From: an uncultured delta proteobacterium
GTDB lineage: Bacteria; Myxococcota_A; Polyangia; Polyangiales; B10-G4
Length of the DNA stretch: 64,000 nt
Direction: 5' to 3'
Assembly (NCBI GenBank): GCA_963727445.1
Contig: CAVSGI010000009.1
Location: forward strand, 874,599 to 938,598
Shown here: positions 49,785 through 59,101 of the stretch, piece by piece
How the letters are laid out: every line of letters starts with the position of its first letter
Numbering within the stretch: position 1 is the stretch's first letter
Notes under the pieces: model-generated
The model's input: the letters and a program-made list of their open reading frames with translations, nothing else
Told to the model about the DNA's origin: nothing
The model's database searches: none
Translations under genes and position numbers: made by a program

Positions 49785-50123
49785 ATGAGCAACACCACGC
49801 ACCTCAGGGTCCTTCGGGATACGATCCAAATCATTCGTGAGCTTCGGCCGGTCATCGGGCGGCTGAAGAAGCGGAACGCGAAGCTGGCGGATCAGCTGGA
49901 GCGGGCCGCGACGAGCAGCGCGTTGAACCAGGGCGAAGGGAATGCGATGCGGGGCGGCAATCGCCGCAAGCACTTCGACATCGCGCTGGGCTCGACCCAG
50001 GAAGTGAGGGTCGCCCTCGAGACGGCGGCGGCCCTCGGGTACATCCCCGACGAGATCGTCACCCGATTCGATCCACGACTCGACTCGATCTGCGCGCGGC
50101 TGTATCGGCTCGCGGGGTATTGA
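49785..50123 (+). CDS. Four-helix-bundle protein, copy 2 (hairpin at 49750-49812)
   Basis: Protein identical to 42202-42540. Confidence 0.85.
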   Translation: MSNTTHLRVLRDTIQIIRELRPVIGRLKKRNAKLADQLERAATSSALNQGEGNAMRGGNRRKHFDIALGSTQEVRVALETAAALGYIPDEIVTRFDPRLDSICARLYRLAGY

Positions 50124-50238
50124 GCGGGGCTCGCGAATGGCGTCCGCCGGCGGCCCGGCGGCGGATCGCCGATTCGGCGGCGCAACTGCCGACAATCACT
50201 GACCGTGATGCGGGCACAGATGTTGCCGAGCCGCGTGC

Positions 50239-51703
50239 GTGCAGCGCCTCTCGTCGACGTCGCGGAAGTATGCCCGCCGCGACCGCGAGCGCTCCGCTCT
50301 GCACCAGACGGTCCGTGAGCACCTCGAGACGTTCCTGGCGGAGACCCGGACCACGGACCGGGACGGCGTCGGTGTTCCGGCTTTCGTCGAGGCTGAGCTC
50401 CGGCGCTTCCTCGAATGCGGCGTCCTCGCTCATGGCTTCGCGCGCTTTCGCTGCGACGCGTGCGGCACGGACCGCCTCGTGGCGTTTAGCTGCAAGGGTC
50501 GCGGTTTCTGCCCTTCCTGCGGCGGGCGCCGCATGACCGCGCAGGCGGCGCACCTCGTCGACGAGGTCCTACCACCGGTCCGCATGCGGCAATGGGTGCT
50601 CAGCCTCCCCTTCGAGCTCCGCTATCGTCTCGCCTTCGACCACGAGCTCAGTCGCGCCGTCCTCGCCGTCTTCACGCGGGCGATCTTCGGCTTCCTCCGG
50701 GACCGCGCGAAGAGGCGCGGGCATCCAGGAGGTCGCGCAGGCAGCGTCACGGTCATCCAGCGCTTCGGCGGCGCGCTCAATCTCAATCCGCACTTCCACA
50801 CGCTCGTCCCGGATGGGGTGTTCCTCGAGGCGCCGGATGGATTCGGTCCGCTTTCACCGCCTCCCGCCCCCGACTGACGAGGAGGTCGCGGCCCTGCTCA
50901 CCACCCTCGTCGCGCGTCTGCGGCGCCTGTTGATCCGCCGCGGCGTCTGGCGGGAGGGCGACGACGGAACGGACTACGTCGATCCCACCCTTCACGAGCG
51001 CCTCGGCGCCGCCGCCATCCAGCAGGTCGCGCTCACCGGTCCGCGGGCACTTCTCTCCACGCGCCGCATCCGGACCGCTCCGCCCAAGACGTCACCGAAA
51101 GTCCTCGGCCGCCGCCGCGCCCGCCAGGACGGATTCGACCTGCACGCCAACACCGCCGTGCGCGGCAAGAACCGCCCGCGACTCGAGCGCATCTGCCGCT
51201 ACCTGCTCCGGCCCCCCGTGTCGGAGTCGCGCATCGAGCGGCACGGCGATCGTGTGCTGCTCACTCTGAAGACCCCCTACGATGACGGCACCACGCACCT
51301 GAGCTTCGAGCCCACCGAGCTCCTCGGGCGCCTCGCCGCCCTCGTCCCCCGCCCTCAGAAGAATCTCCTCCTCTACCACGGCGTCTTCGCGGCCAACGCG
51401 AAGCTGCGCAAGCAGGTCGTCGCGTACGGGCGTCCCTCCGAGCCAGGCAAGGGCCCGAAGCACAGCACGTCCAAACGCAAGCGTCACAACCCGAGCTGGG
51501 CAGAGCTCATGCGTCGCGGCCTCGACATCGACGCGCTCGAATGCCCGAAGTGCCACTCCCGCATGCGCTTCGTCGCCTCAATCCTGAGACCGGCCACCAT
51601 CCGCCGCATCCTCGAGAGCCTCGACCTGCCGGCAGAGCCAGTCGTGCCCGCCCCGGCGCGCGCACCGCCCAACGACGACGACCTCTTCTTCGACGTCGCC
51701 TGA
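50239..51703 (+). CDS. IS91/ISCR-family HUH transposase, frameshifted near 50842
   Basis: Zn-binding GFARFRC..C...SCKGRGFCPSCG, HUH motif NPHFH, LERICRYLLRPP, CPKC and PARAPP. Confidence 0.9.
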
Positions 51704-51790
51704 GCGGCTCCGTTCGAGTCGTCGACGTCGCGATCCGTCCGCCGCTCGACCCTCGCCTGAAGATCGGGTCATCATGCCTTTCATGCCCCG

Positions 51791-51915
51791 TCCGGTTTCC
51801 AGCCTCCACGGAAGCCAACCCCTTCACCGGACGCCCGAGTTTCGCAGTAGGTATGATCTGTCGACTCGCGCCTCCGGCGGGAGTGGCGGGAGGCCGTTTG
51901 TGATGGCTATCCACA
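51791..51915 (+). repeat. 125-bp ori-like unit, copy 1 (uninterrupted)
   Basis: Identical to 54496-54613 + 56025-56031 and to 58984-59101 + 60513-60519. Confidence 0.95.
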
Positions 51916-52145
51916 ACCGACGACCTTCGGGTTATGAGGTGAAAAAATGGGTCGATCGGGTGGGTGGTGGAAGTGCTTGGGATTGCTTGATTTGCGAAAT
52001 GATAACTAGGAGTTGGGCTGCATCGCCGTGTCACGGGACGTCACGCGAGATCACGTCATCGCCCGAAGTCATGTCAACCACATGTCACCCCTGACCCCTG
52101 GGATGTGGGATTCAGGCATTCCAGTGGGGTCCCAGCGCGGACGAA

Positions 52146-53312
52146 CTATGAACCTTGGGGGATGCGTTGCGGAAGATGAGTGCCGACGAGCTCACCCCAG
52201 CAGTACATTTCCTCGTCGGTGGTGAGGGCACAGGAGGACTCGTCGGAACAATCGAGGTCGATAACTGGTGGCAGACCGTCCACGAGTTGCGGTGTGATTT
52301 CACATGAACGCCCGCCGCATGCATCTCGCCGCACCGGGGGGCTGGAGACTTGTCCGTACGTGTTCCTGCCCCAGCAGTAGACGTTCCCGCGTTCTCCCAA
52401 GGCACAACTATGCTCGGCTCCCGCGCAGACGGCGCCTACAGGTTCCGCAACTGTAGGCGTGACCAGCTCGACCGAGAAAGCAGTCGTCTCCCCATTTCCT
52501 AGCTGCCCCGAGTTGTTGGCTCCCCAGCACAGGATCCCCGTGGATCTTGCAACGCACACATGGCGCTGACCAATTGCCATGTCTTCGATCCCATTGAGCG
52601 CCATGACAGATTCTGTTCGATACAGAGTCTCTTCACCAACGCACGCAGGTTGGCCTTGGTCGTTCCAGGAACACGACAGTCGTGGTCCCAACTCGATGCC
52701 AGTACCAGGCGCAGCTTCAGGCAGTCGGAACGGCGAGTCGCCAATGCACCGAACGCCGACGGTGCTTCCTCCGCAGGAGAGTTGTTCTGACAAAGAGATG
52801 TGGGCGACACCGAACAAACCTTCAACCTGGACCGGCGTTGTAGCGCATGAGAACTCGCTGCCGTCAACAAGGCAGCGCTCGCTCGCGCGGTCACCAATTT
52901 GACTCCAACGATCGCTACCCCAGCACGAGACGACGCCGTCGTCGAACTGGCTGCAGGTGTGAAACCTGCCCGCAGCCATCTGGCTGGCAATGTCAACGAG
53001 CGGAACAGGCACGAGCATCGGTGACGCGACTCGATCTCCCTGGCCAAGTTGCCCGGCCCAGCTGTTTCCCCAACAAAGGACACGCCCCTCGCCGTTGAGC
53101 ATGCAGGAGTGCTCCGCCCCCATCGAAATCGAGGCAGTGAGTTCCAATGGGAGGGGCTGCGAAGGCTGCGAACAACCGAGAGCAAGAAACAACATGGGTA
53201 CGAGGACGGGCGCCTTGGAGCTGCCCGGCCAGCCTCCCCTAGGTGCAGGAGTGGTCGCCGCGTGGTCCGCACGCGAAGGGCTAAAGTAGGAAGGACGCGA
53301 AGCGAAGATCAT
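52146..53312 (-). CDS. RCC1-repeat lipoprotein (cargo 1); alternative start at 53195
   Basis: CWGNSWAGQLG and CWGANNSGQLG repeats; ALGC lipobox. Confidence 0.8.
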   Translation of the reverse strand: MIFASRPSYFSPSRADHAATTPAPRGGWPGSSKAPVLVPMLFLALGCSQPSQPLPLELTASISMGAEHSCMLNGEGRVLCWGNSWAGQLGQGDRVASPMLVPVPLVDIASQMAAGRFHTCSQFDDGVVSCWGSDRWSQIGDRASERCLVDGSEFSCATTPVQVEGLFGVAHISLSEQLSCGGSTVGVRCIGDSPFRLPEAAPGTGIELGPRLSCSWNDQGQPACVGEETLYRTESVMALNGIEDMAIGQRHVCVARSTGILCWGANNSGQLGNGETTAFSVELVTPTVAEPVGAVCAGAEHSCALGERGNVYCWGRNTYGQVSSPPVRRDACGGRSCEITPQLVDGLPPVIDLDCSDESSCALTTDEEMYCWGELVGTHLPQRIPQGS

Positions 53313-54145
53313 CGGCACGCGCTTAGCACGTCAGCGAGCGAAGCGTCCAAACCGGCTCGAGTGCCGGCTCCGCTGACCGTCGCTTCGGTAACCTGTGCCT
53401 GCCAGATGAGCTGCCGTGGTTCAGTTAGGCCCGATAGCAGGAAGAGTCCCTGCTGGCCTGATGGGGGAAGTCCAGTCTGAGGTACGAACGCAGTGGCGGG
53501 CGGGTCCCAGCGTGGATCGATGTATGGTGCACCACGTGCATCCGACCAGTACGCCGCAGCAGTGAACCCCTCAACGAGAACACCATCTGGCACGTCAAAA
53601 CCATGGTCGTCAATTACTTGGAGCGTGGCGCTCTCTCTTCCGAACGCCATGTGGACATCAAGGAATGACGGCTCGCGGCCCACGTGGGGATCGGCCGTGG
53701 TCAGAGAGCCTGGTGTGACCTCGGCAAGCACGCAGGCGTCCACCTCACGAGCAGCGCTCTCAAGACTATCGGGAATGAGCGGTCCCACGTACTCGGGATC
53801 GACGCTGACGATGATCCGTTCACGGTAAAACGTCGTGGGGCACCCTTCGTCCTGAGACTCAATGGCTACGGCCCGGTATTCAGATTCATAGCCCGGTGCG
53901 GTTATGACCAGCTCGTAGGTCCCGGCGGGCGGCATGTCGAACTCACAGTAAACATCTGCGTCGATCCGACAGGGCCCGAGCTCTACAGAGGCTTGGGCGC
54001 CCACTTCGTCTGCTCTGCGGCCATCCTCCATCGTTGCAATACCCGCGAACACGTAGCCACAGTAGCCCCCGTCGCCAGGCTCACAGGCAAGCGCTCCGAG
54101 GAGAAACAACAACGCGCTATGGCTCCTAGCGCCGATGTCGATCAT
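53309..54145 (-). CDS. Hypothetical lipoprotein (cargo 1)
   Basis: Signal ending ALAC; start inferred. Confidence 0.6.
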   Translation of the reverse strand: MIDIGARSHSALLFLLGALACEPGDGGYCGYVFAGIATMEDGRRADEVGAQASVELGPCRIDADVYCEFDMPPAGTYELVITAPGYESEYRAVAIESQDEGCPTTFYRERIIVSVDPEYVGPLIPDSLESAAREVDACVLAEVTPGSLTTADPHVGREPSFLDVHMAFGRESATLQVIDDHGFDVPDGVLVEGFTAAAYWSDARGAPYIDPRWDPPATAFVPQTGLPPSGQQGLFLLSGLTEPRQLIWQAQVTEATVSGAGTRAGLDASLADVLSACR

Positions 54146-54493
54146 CCCGAACAGCCTGACGCGGAGAAACTCCACCTCGGGTACGGCACAACGAGTACAG
54201 GCTCTCATTTCCTCGGTGACCAATGGGTTCATCTTCTTCGCGAAGCACGCAGTGCGACCCCTCCTCGCAGTCTTGAGCAGCGCGACACGAGAGATGTCTA
54301 AGTAGCACGCAGTGTCCCAGCGCGCACGCCTCCTCCCCCTCGCAATCTCCGTCCGAACGGCAAGGTGCACACACTCCATCGATGCATGCGCGCGCGCCAC
54401 CGCAGGGATACGCAGAACCACAGTGGACTTGCATCGTCTCGTTGAAGAGACGTCCCTGCCACTCCCCCTCTTCGCGCGGGCGAAGCTCCGGCG
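54126..54493 (-). pseudogene. Cys-rich protein fragment with its 5' part cut off by the repeat unit
   Basis: CIDGVCAPCRSDGDC...CALGHC frame runs into the unit at 54494. Confidence 0.65.
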
Positions 54494-54613
54494 GCTCCGG
54501 TTTCCAGCCTCCACGGAAGCCAACCCCTTCACCGGACGCCCGAGTTTCGCAGTAGGTATGATCTGTCGACTCGCGCCTCCGGCGGGAGTGGCGGGAGGCC
54601 GTTTGTGATGGCT
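54494..54613 (+). repeat. Ori-like unit, copy 2 (interrupted by IS1111; last 7 nt at 56025-56031)
   Basis: Identity with 51791-51908. Confidence 0.95.
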
Positions 54614-54638
54614 TCTGTGAAGCGGCCACCCCGGTCAA

Positions 54639-54900
54639 CAGGTTTGTCTGATTTTCGTTCTACGTCGTTGCACGTCTCCTTCGCCTCGGCTCGGGTTCGT
54701 CGTTTCGCTCATACGTGACGGGTTGTTCAGCCTTCTGTTCGCGCTCGACTGGGGCGGCATCGAGGCCGCGGCGCAGGGTGGGATTCGGTGGTGGTCGGCG
54801 CCATCTATCCATCGGCGTTCGACAGCAGCCAGCCAGCACATCGCGCTCGACCACCATAATCGGTTCCCTTCACGAAGAGCGGGTCATCGTCGGTTGCGGG
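54639..54900 (-). ncRNA. Putative bridge/seek RNA of IS1111 copy 1; ends approximate
   Basis: Stem enclosing segments that match both sides of the target site, plus a separate donor-matching segment. Confidence 0.7.
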
Positions 54901-55932
54901 TCAGGCTGCAGCAGCCTCCTCACGGCTCGCTGTCGCCTCGAAGCGCGTCCCGTCTCGCCACATCGCGTACAAGATCCCCGCGAGCTTGCGCGCCAGCGCC
55001 ACCGCCGCGATCCGCTTGCCGCGGCGTGCGGCGATGCGCTCCGTCCAGTCGCGTAGCGCCTTCGTCTCCGGTCGTTTGTGACGCAAGATCCCCCAGGCCG
55101 CTTCGACGAGCAGCGACCTGAGACGGCGATTGCCGGTCTTCGTGATGTGGCCCCGCATCCGTTTTTCGCCAGAGCTCAGCTCGCGGGGCACCAGGCCGAG
55201 GTAGGCGCGCACTTGTGAGGCGTTGTGGAAGCGACCGATCTGGTCGACCACGGCGACGAAGGTCACCGCCGTCACCGGCCCGATGCTCGGCACGGTGCAC
55301 AGGCGTTCGACGGTCTCGTCGCCCTTGGCGAGCTCGGCGAGGCGCTTGTCGGCGTCGCGGATCTGCATGGTGAGCTGCTCGAGCATCGTGAGCAGCGGCG
55401 CGACCTCGAGCGCCAGGTGGGCGGGCAGTGACAGCTCCTCGATGCGCGCCGCGAAGGTCGCCGCTCCGCCGCTTCGTGGCGACAAGCCCTCGCGCCGCAC
55501 AAGCGCTCGGGTGAGCGAGATGTACTTCGTTCGCGTGCGCACCAGCGCATCACGCACCGCGACCTGCGCTCGCCGATGACGGGCCGCGTCCGAGGCGCGG
55601 TGCGCTGGGCGGTACGCGCCGAGCCGGCAGGCGTCGCAGAGCGCCCGCGCATCGCGCCGGTCCGTCTTCACCTTGCGGCTTCGCGTGGCATACATCGGCG
55701 CGAAGTTCGGGTCCGCCACGATCACCTCATGGCCCAGCTCCTCGAGCCACCGCGCCACCCACTCGCTGTCCGTCGACGCCTCCATCAGGATCTTCGCCCG
55801 GGCGCGGTCCGCGAACACCTTCGCCAGCGCATCGCGCGTCGTCGCCACGCGCCGCTCCCGCAGCTCTCCCTCGCTCGTCTGGATGCAGACCTGACTTGTC
55901 TTCTTGTGAACATCGATGCCAATGTGTTCCAC
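54901..55932 (-). CDS. IS110-family recombinase/transposase
   Basis: IGIDVHK, MEA, KTDRRDA (DEDD) and YLGLVP...SSG. Confidence 0.95.
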   Translation of the reverse strand: MEHIGIDVHKKTSQVCIQTSEGELRERRVATTRDALAKVFADRARAKILMEASTDSEWVARWLEELGHEVIVADPNFAPMYATRSRKVKTDRRDARALCDACRLGAYRPAHRASDAARHRRAQVAVRDALVRTRTKYISLTRALVRREGLSPRSGGAATFAARIEELSLPAHLALEVAPLLTMLEQLTMQIRDADKRLAELAKGDETVERLCTVPSIGPVTAVTFVAVVDQIGRFHNASQVRAYLGLVPRELSSGEKRMRGHITKTGNRRLRSLLVEAAWGILRHKRPETKALRDWTERIAARRGKRIAAVALARKLAGILYAMWRDGTRFEATASREEAAAA

Positions 55933-56031
55933 GGCTGGCCTCCACTCTGCGGCTCTTGACCGCGTTTACGGTTGTGGGGCTACGGCTACCACGTCAGTGG
56001 CGGCCAGCCGCTTACATCCCATCTATCCACA

Positions 56032-56676
56032 CCAATACCCCATTCGCTTGACGTGCCAGTCCAACATCTCCAGCACGCGCACCTCCATCTCTGCTGCAGG
56101 TGCGCCATGCTTCAACGCCTCAACTACGCTGGCGTGGGGTGTTTCGGGGCGAGCGACTGAGTAGGGCCGGCGCCCGAACTTCATGCACGCGAGATCGACC
56201 GCCAGCTGCCCTAAGGCCAGACCCTCTTCGCCTGCCAAGTTGATAATGGCGGCACGTCGGCACCGCTTCTCATCCGCAATTAGCTCACCGAGTGGACTAG
56301 AGAACGAAGCAGGAAGGAGCGTGGAAGCTGCACACCAGGTCAGACCCAACGTTGAATAGGTCGAGACCTGCATCTGCTTGTGTCCCCACCCGGCATGTTG
56401 GGCACCGCTTTGAAACGCGTCGATGAACAGAGTTGTCTCAGTCTCGAGCATCGCCCACTGACGCAGCTCGCGCCAGGCCGTCTCCGGATGTTCTTTAAGC
56501 TGAAGGAGCGCCGAGGTGATGAACCGTGCGCTCGCCCAATGCCTGAACGCCATCGCGGCTGTTACCAGACCGCCCTCGCTCTCAGCCGCATATACCTCGG
56601 TCTCGAACTCGAGGAGGTCCAGGCTCGTCGCCACGCGTTGGACGTGGCCCAATTGGCGCGCGATGCTTCGGGTCAT
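56032..56676 (-). pseudogene. Hypothetical protein, 3'-truncated at the ori end (cargo 2)
   Basis: The ORF terminates only inside the repeat/IS junction. Confidence 0.6.
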
Positions 56677-56873
56677 CAAGGGGTCCTGTTCCGTCGTCGT
56701 TGAGCTTCAACATTGCGCTGAGCTCTTGCTACTTCTGCCCGGAACTTTCTGGTGACCTCTGTGCGGGAGTAGCGGCCGGTAGGGCCACGATTCATCTCGT
56801 AGACACGCGTCCGGACGGCACTGCTGGTGTTGTAATTCGATAACTCGATCACGTAAGCCGTAAGAGTATGGGT
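56676..56873 (-). pseudogene. C-terminal gene fragment coupled (TGATG) to the downstream gene
   Basis: Frame ...THTLTAYVIELSNYNTSSAVRTRVYE...RRNRTP* has no start within the cargo. Confidence 0.45.
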
Positions 56874-56890
56874 GCTCCGGTTTCCAGCCT
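56874..56890 (+). repeat. 17-bp stub of the unit's left end
   Basis: GCTCCGGTTTCCAGCCT matches 54494-54510 and 58982-58998. Confidence 0.8.
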
Positions 56891-57189
56891 AACGGCAACG
56901 ACACCGTCTCACCGGACCCCGCTGTTTCCGAGAAGATACGTTGTGTAATCTCGGGGTCAGGCCGGAGGCCGTTCATGGTGACTACGAGCTAGCGGGTCCC
57001 GTTGTATTTGTATATCGGCGTGCGATGAAGTTTCCGACGTCTCGGATGACCCAACCGGCGTCCCGTCAACGGCGTTGGGAACGGCGCAAGACGCGACAAT
57101 TCGGCACATGCTGACTCTAGTGGTGGGTTGCGGGGAACGAGGATCGCCGCCAAACTTCGATGGCACGCATCTTGGGATCTTCGCGACAC

Positions 57190-57762
57190 ATGGACAGGAT
57201 TCAGGTCACCGCACTCCTCTGGCTTCTCCTCAGCGCCTGCAGCATGGAGTCGCATTCGGCCGATACCGGAACTACACGCGCCGACACCGGAGCTATACGC
57301 ATGGACGGAGCACTCGACGCGCCGTCGCCGACCGATGCGCCGACCGATGCGCCCGAAGGCTCGTTGACGTGCGACGCCAGTCTGTACCACCGCCCCTGCG
57401 GTGAGCCCAACACGTCGTATCACCAACGCTGTGCCCAGGAGTGCGTCTGTCCCTACTTGCTGTTCGAGGTGTGCGACGTCGACGAGGTCGGCTCCTGCGG
57501 CCGGACGCTCAGCTTCTGTGAGGCCGTCGAGGTCTTCACGTTCTGCGCCGGCCCTCGAGACGGCGCGTGCGACTGGCGCATCGAGTTTCGTAGTGGGCGA
57601 TACGAGTGGGCGCACTCGGATGTGGTCGAGAGCGGCGAGTACACCTGCGACGGCACGACCGTCACGAGCGACATGTACGAAGGCTCCTGGGATGGCGTTT
57701 GGCAGAGCCTCGTCTGGGACGGTGTCCGCTATCAGGCGGTCCCGCCGGAGTGCACGCCATGA
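57190..57762 (+). CDS. Cys-rich lipoprotein (cargo 2)
   Basis: Lipobox LSAC. Confidence 0.7.
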   Translation: MDRIQVTALLWLLLSACSMESHSADTGTTRADTGAIRMDGALDAPSPTDAPTDAPEGSLTCDASLYHRPCGEPNTSYHQRCAQECVCPYLLFEVCDVDEVGSCGRTLSFCEAVEVFTFCAGPRDGACDWRIEFRSGRYEWAHSDVVESGEYTCDGTTVTSDMYEGSWDGVWQSLVWDGVRYQAVPPECTP

Positions 57763-58397
57763 GCCAGCAGTCAGTCGACGCCCTCGCGCGCGCATCTGTG
57801 TTCCTCACCTTCGTCGCATTGCTTGCAACGCCCATGGGATGCGCCGGATCTCACGACGCGCGCCCGGACGGTCGCATCACCCTCGACAGCAGCATGGATG
57901 GGCCCTCGATGGACTCGGCGCCGGGCGACAGCGCCACCGACGGCCCCTCGATGGACTCCGCGCCGCGCGACACGTCAATGGATGGACCCGACGCCGGATC
58001 GCTGCCGACGCTCGAGGAGATGCAAGCCTGCGCGGTCGACAATGATTGCGTCGCAACATTCAGCCGCTGTTGCGAGTGTGGCGCGGACGTCGATACGCTC
58101 ATCGGCATCAACATGGCATACGTGGACGCCTATCGCGCGGACCTCTGTGCCCCATACCTCTTTGGCTGCGATGGGTGCGCCGGCCCCGTGGCCGGGGTGT
58201 TCGAACTTTGGGCTGCCTGTGTGGAGGGAACGTGCGAAGCCGGCATCTTGGAGTGTGCTGATGCGTATGACTGCATGCCGAGAGGCGCGTGCATCCTTCG
58301 AGATGCGTGGTCTTCGCGTGTCTGTTCGCTCTTCTGCTCGACCGATGACGAGTGTCGAGACAGCCAGCGGTGCGTTGGGTGGGCATGCACACCCTGA
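57759..58397 (+). CDS. Cys-rich lipoprotein (cargo 2)
   Basis: ATGA overlap; PMGC lipobox; duplicated DGPSMDSAP linker. Confidence 0.7.
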   Translation: MSQQSVDALARASVFLTFVALLATPMGCAGSHDARPDGRITLDSSMDGPSMDSAPGDSATDGPSMDSAPRDTSMDGPDAGSLPTLEEMQACAVDNDCVATFSRCCECGADVDTLIGINMAYVDAYRADLCAPYLFGCDGCAGPVAGVFELWAACVEGTCEAGILECADAYDCMPRGACILRDAWSSRVCSLFCSTDDECRDSQRCVGWACTP

Positions 58398-58446
58398 TGA
58401 AGCAGCCGCTCTTGATCCCGGGCGCGCGGCTTCGCTAGAGTGGGAG

Positions 58447-58981
58447 TGACCTGCCCTTGAAATTTCGGACCATCTCAAAGTTGTAGAATCGCCTCTTCGG
58501 GACCCCGGAGAGCACATGAGAAAGAGTCGATTTACCGAAGAGCAGAAAGTGAAGATGCTGCGCGAAGCGGACAAGACTTCGGTCGCCGTGGTCGCGAAGA
58601 AGCACGGCATCAGCACGGAGACCATCTACAAGTGGCGCCGAAATTTCGGCGGCATGGACGTCGCGGACGCGAAGCGGCTCAAGAAGCTCGAGCTGGAGAA
58701 CGCGCGGCTGAAGAAGCTCCTCGCCGAGCGCTCGCTCGAGGTCGAGGTGATGAAAGAAATCAACGCAAAAAAATGGTGAGCGTGCCGGCACGCCGCCAGC
58801 AGGTGGCGTACGCCCGCTTGCGGGGCGTTTCATGCCGGCGCGCTTGCGGCCTCGTGCACGTAGCGCGGTCGGCGCTCCGCTACGAGTCGAAGATGGACAA
58901 CAAAGACAGAGCGGTGGTCGCGCGGCTGTGCGAGCTCGCAGCGCGCTACCCGCGCTGGGGCTACCGCCGCATCCGCGTGAT
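58447..58981 (+). mobile_element. Truncated IS3-family element (left IR, orfA, start of orfB)
   Basis: Left end TGACCTGCCC...; A7 slippery site at 58767-58773; orfB (RYPRWGYRRI) is cut by the repeat unit. Confidence 0.88.
58516..58779 (+). CDS. IS3-family transposase OrfA
   Basis: MRKSRFTEEQ...TIYKWR...LELENARLKKLLAE...KKW. Confidence 0.92.
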   Translation: MRKSRFTEEQKVKMLREADKTSVAVVAKKHGISTETIYKWRRNFGGMDVADAKRLKKLELENARLKKLLAERSLEVEVMKEINAKKW

Positions 58982-59101
58982 GCTCCGGTTTCCAGCCTCC
59001 ACGGAAGCCAACCCCTTCACCGGACGCCCGAGTTTCGCAGTAGGTATGATCTGTCGACTCGCGCCTCCGGCGGGAGTGGCGGGAGGCCGTTTGTGATGGC
59101 T
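58982..59101 (+). repeat. Ori-like unit, copy 3 (interrupted by IS1111; last 7 nt at 60513-60519)
   Basis: Identity with the other copies. Confidence 0.95.

Larger units (their letters stand above)
50134..51915 (+). mobile_element. IS91/ISCR-like rolling-circle element; left boundary approximate
   Basis: Upstream hairpin 50134-50176, HUH transposase, and downstream ori-like end GTTTGTGATGGCTATCCAC. Confidence 0.75.
54612..56024 (-). mobile_element. IS110-family (IS1111 group) element, copy 1, bounded by CT cores
   Basis: Ends fixed by the empty site at 51907-51908; imperfect sub-terminal IRs TGT(G)AAGCGGC; long non-coding region downstream of the recombinase. Confidence 0.92.

Noticed and set aside
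54146..54532. N-terminal extension of ORF 53309-54532 starting inside the unit
   Set aside because: It overlaps a more convincing Cys-rich frame, and the lipoprotein signal starts at 54145.
54494..54611. Treating the repeat unit as part of the IS110 element
   Set aside because: The IS-free copy at 51791-51915 shows that the unit is the target and the IS ends at the CT cores.
56707..56976. 89-aa ORF spanning the stub
   Set aside because: It crosses an apparent junction; another frame couples better to the downstream gene.
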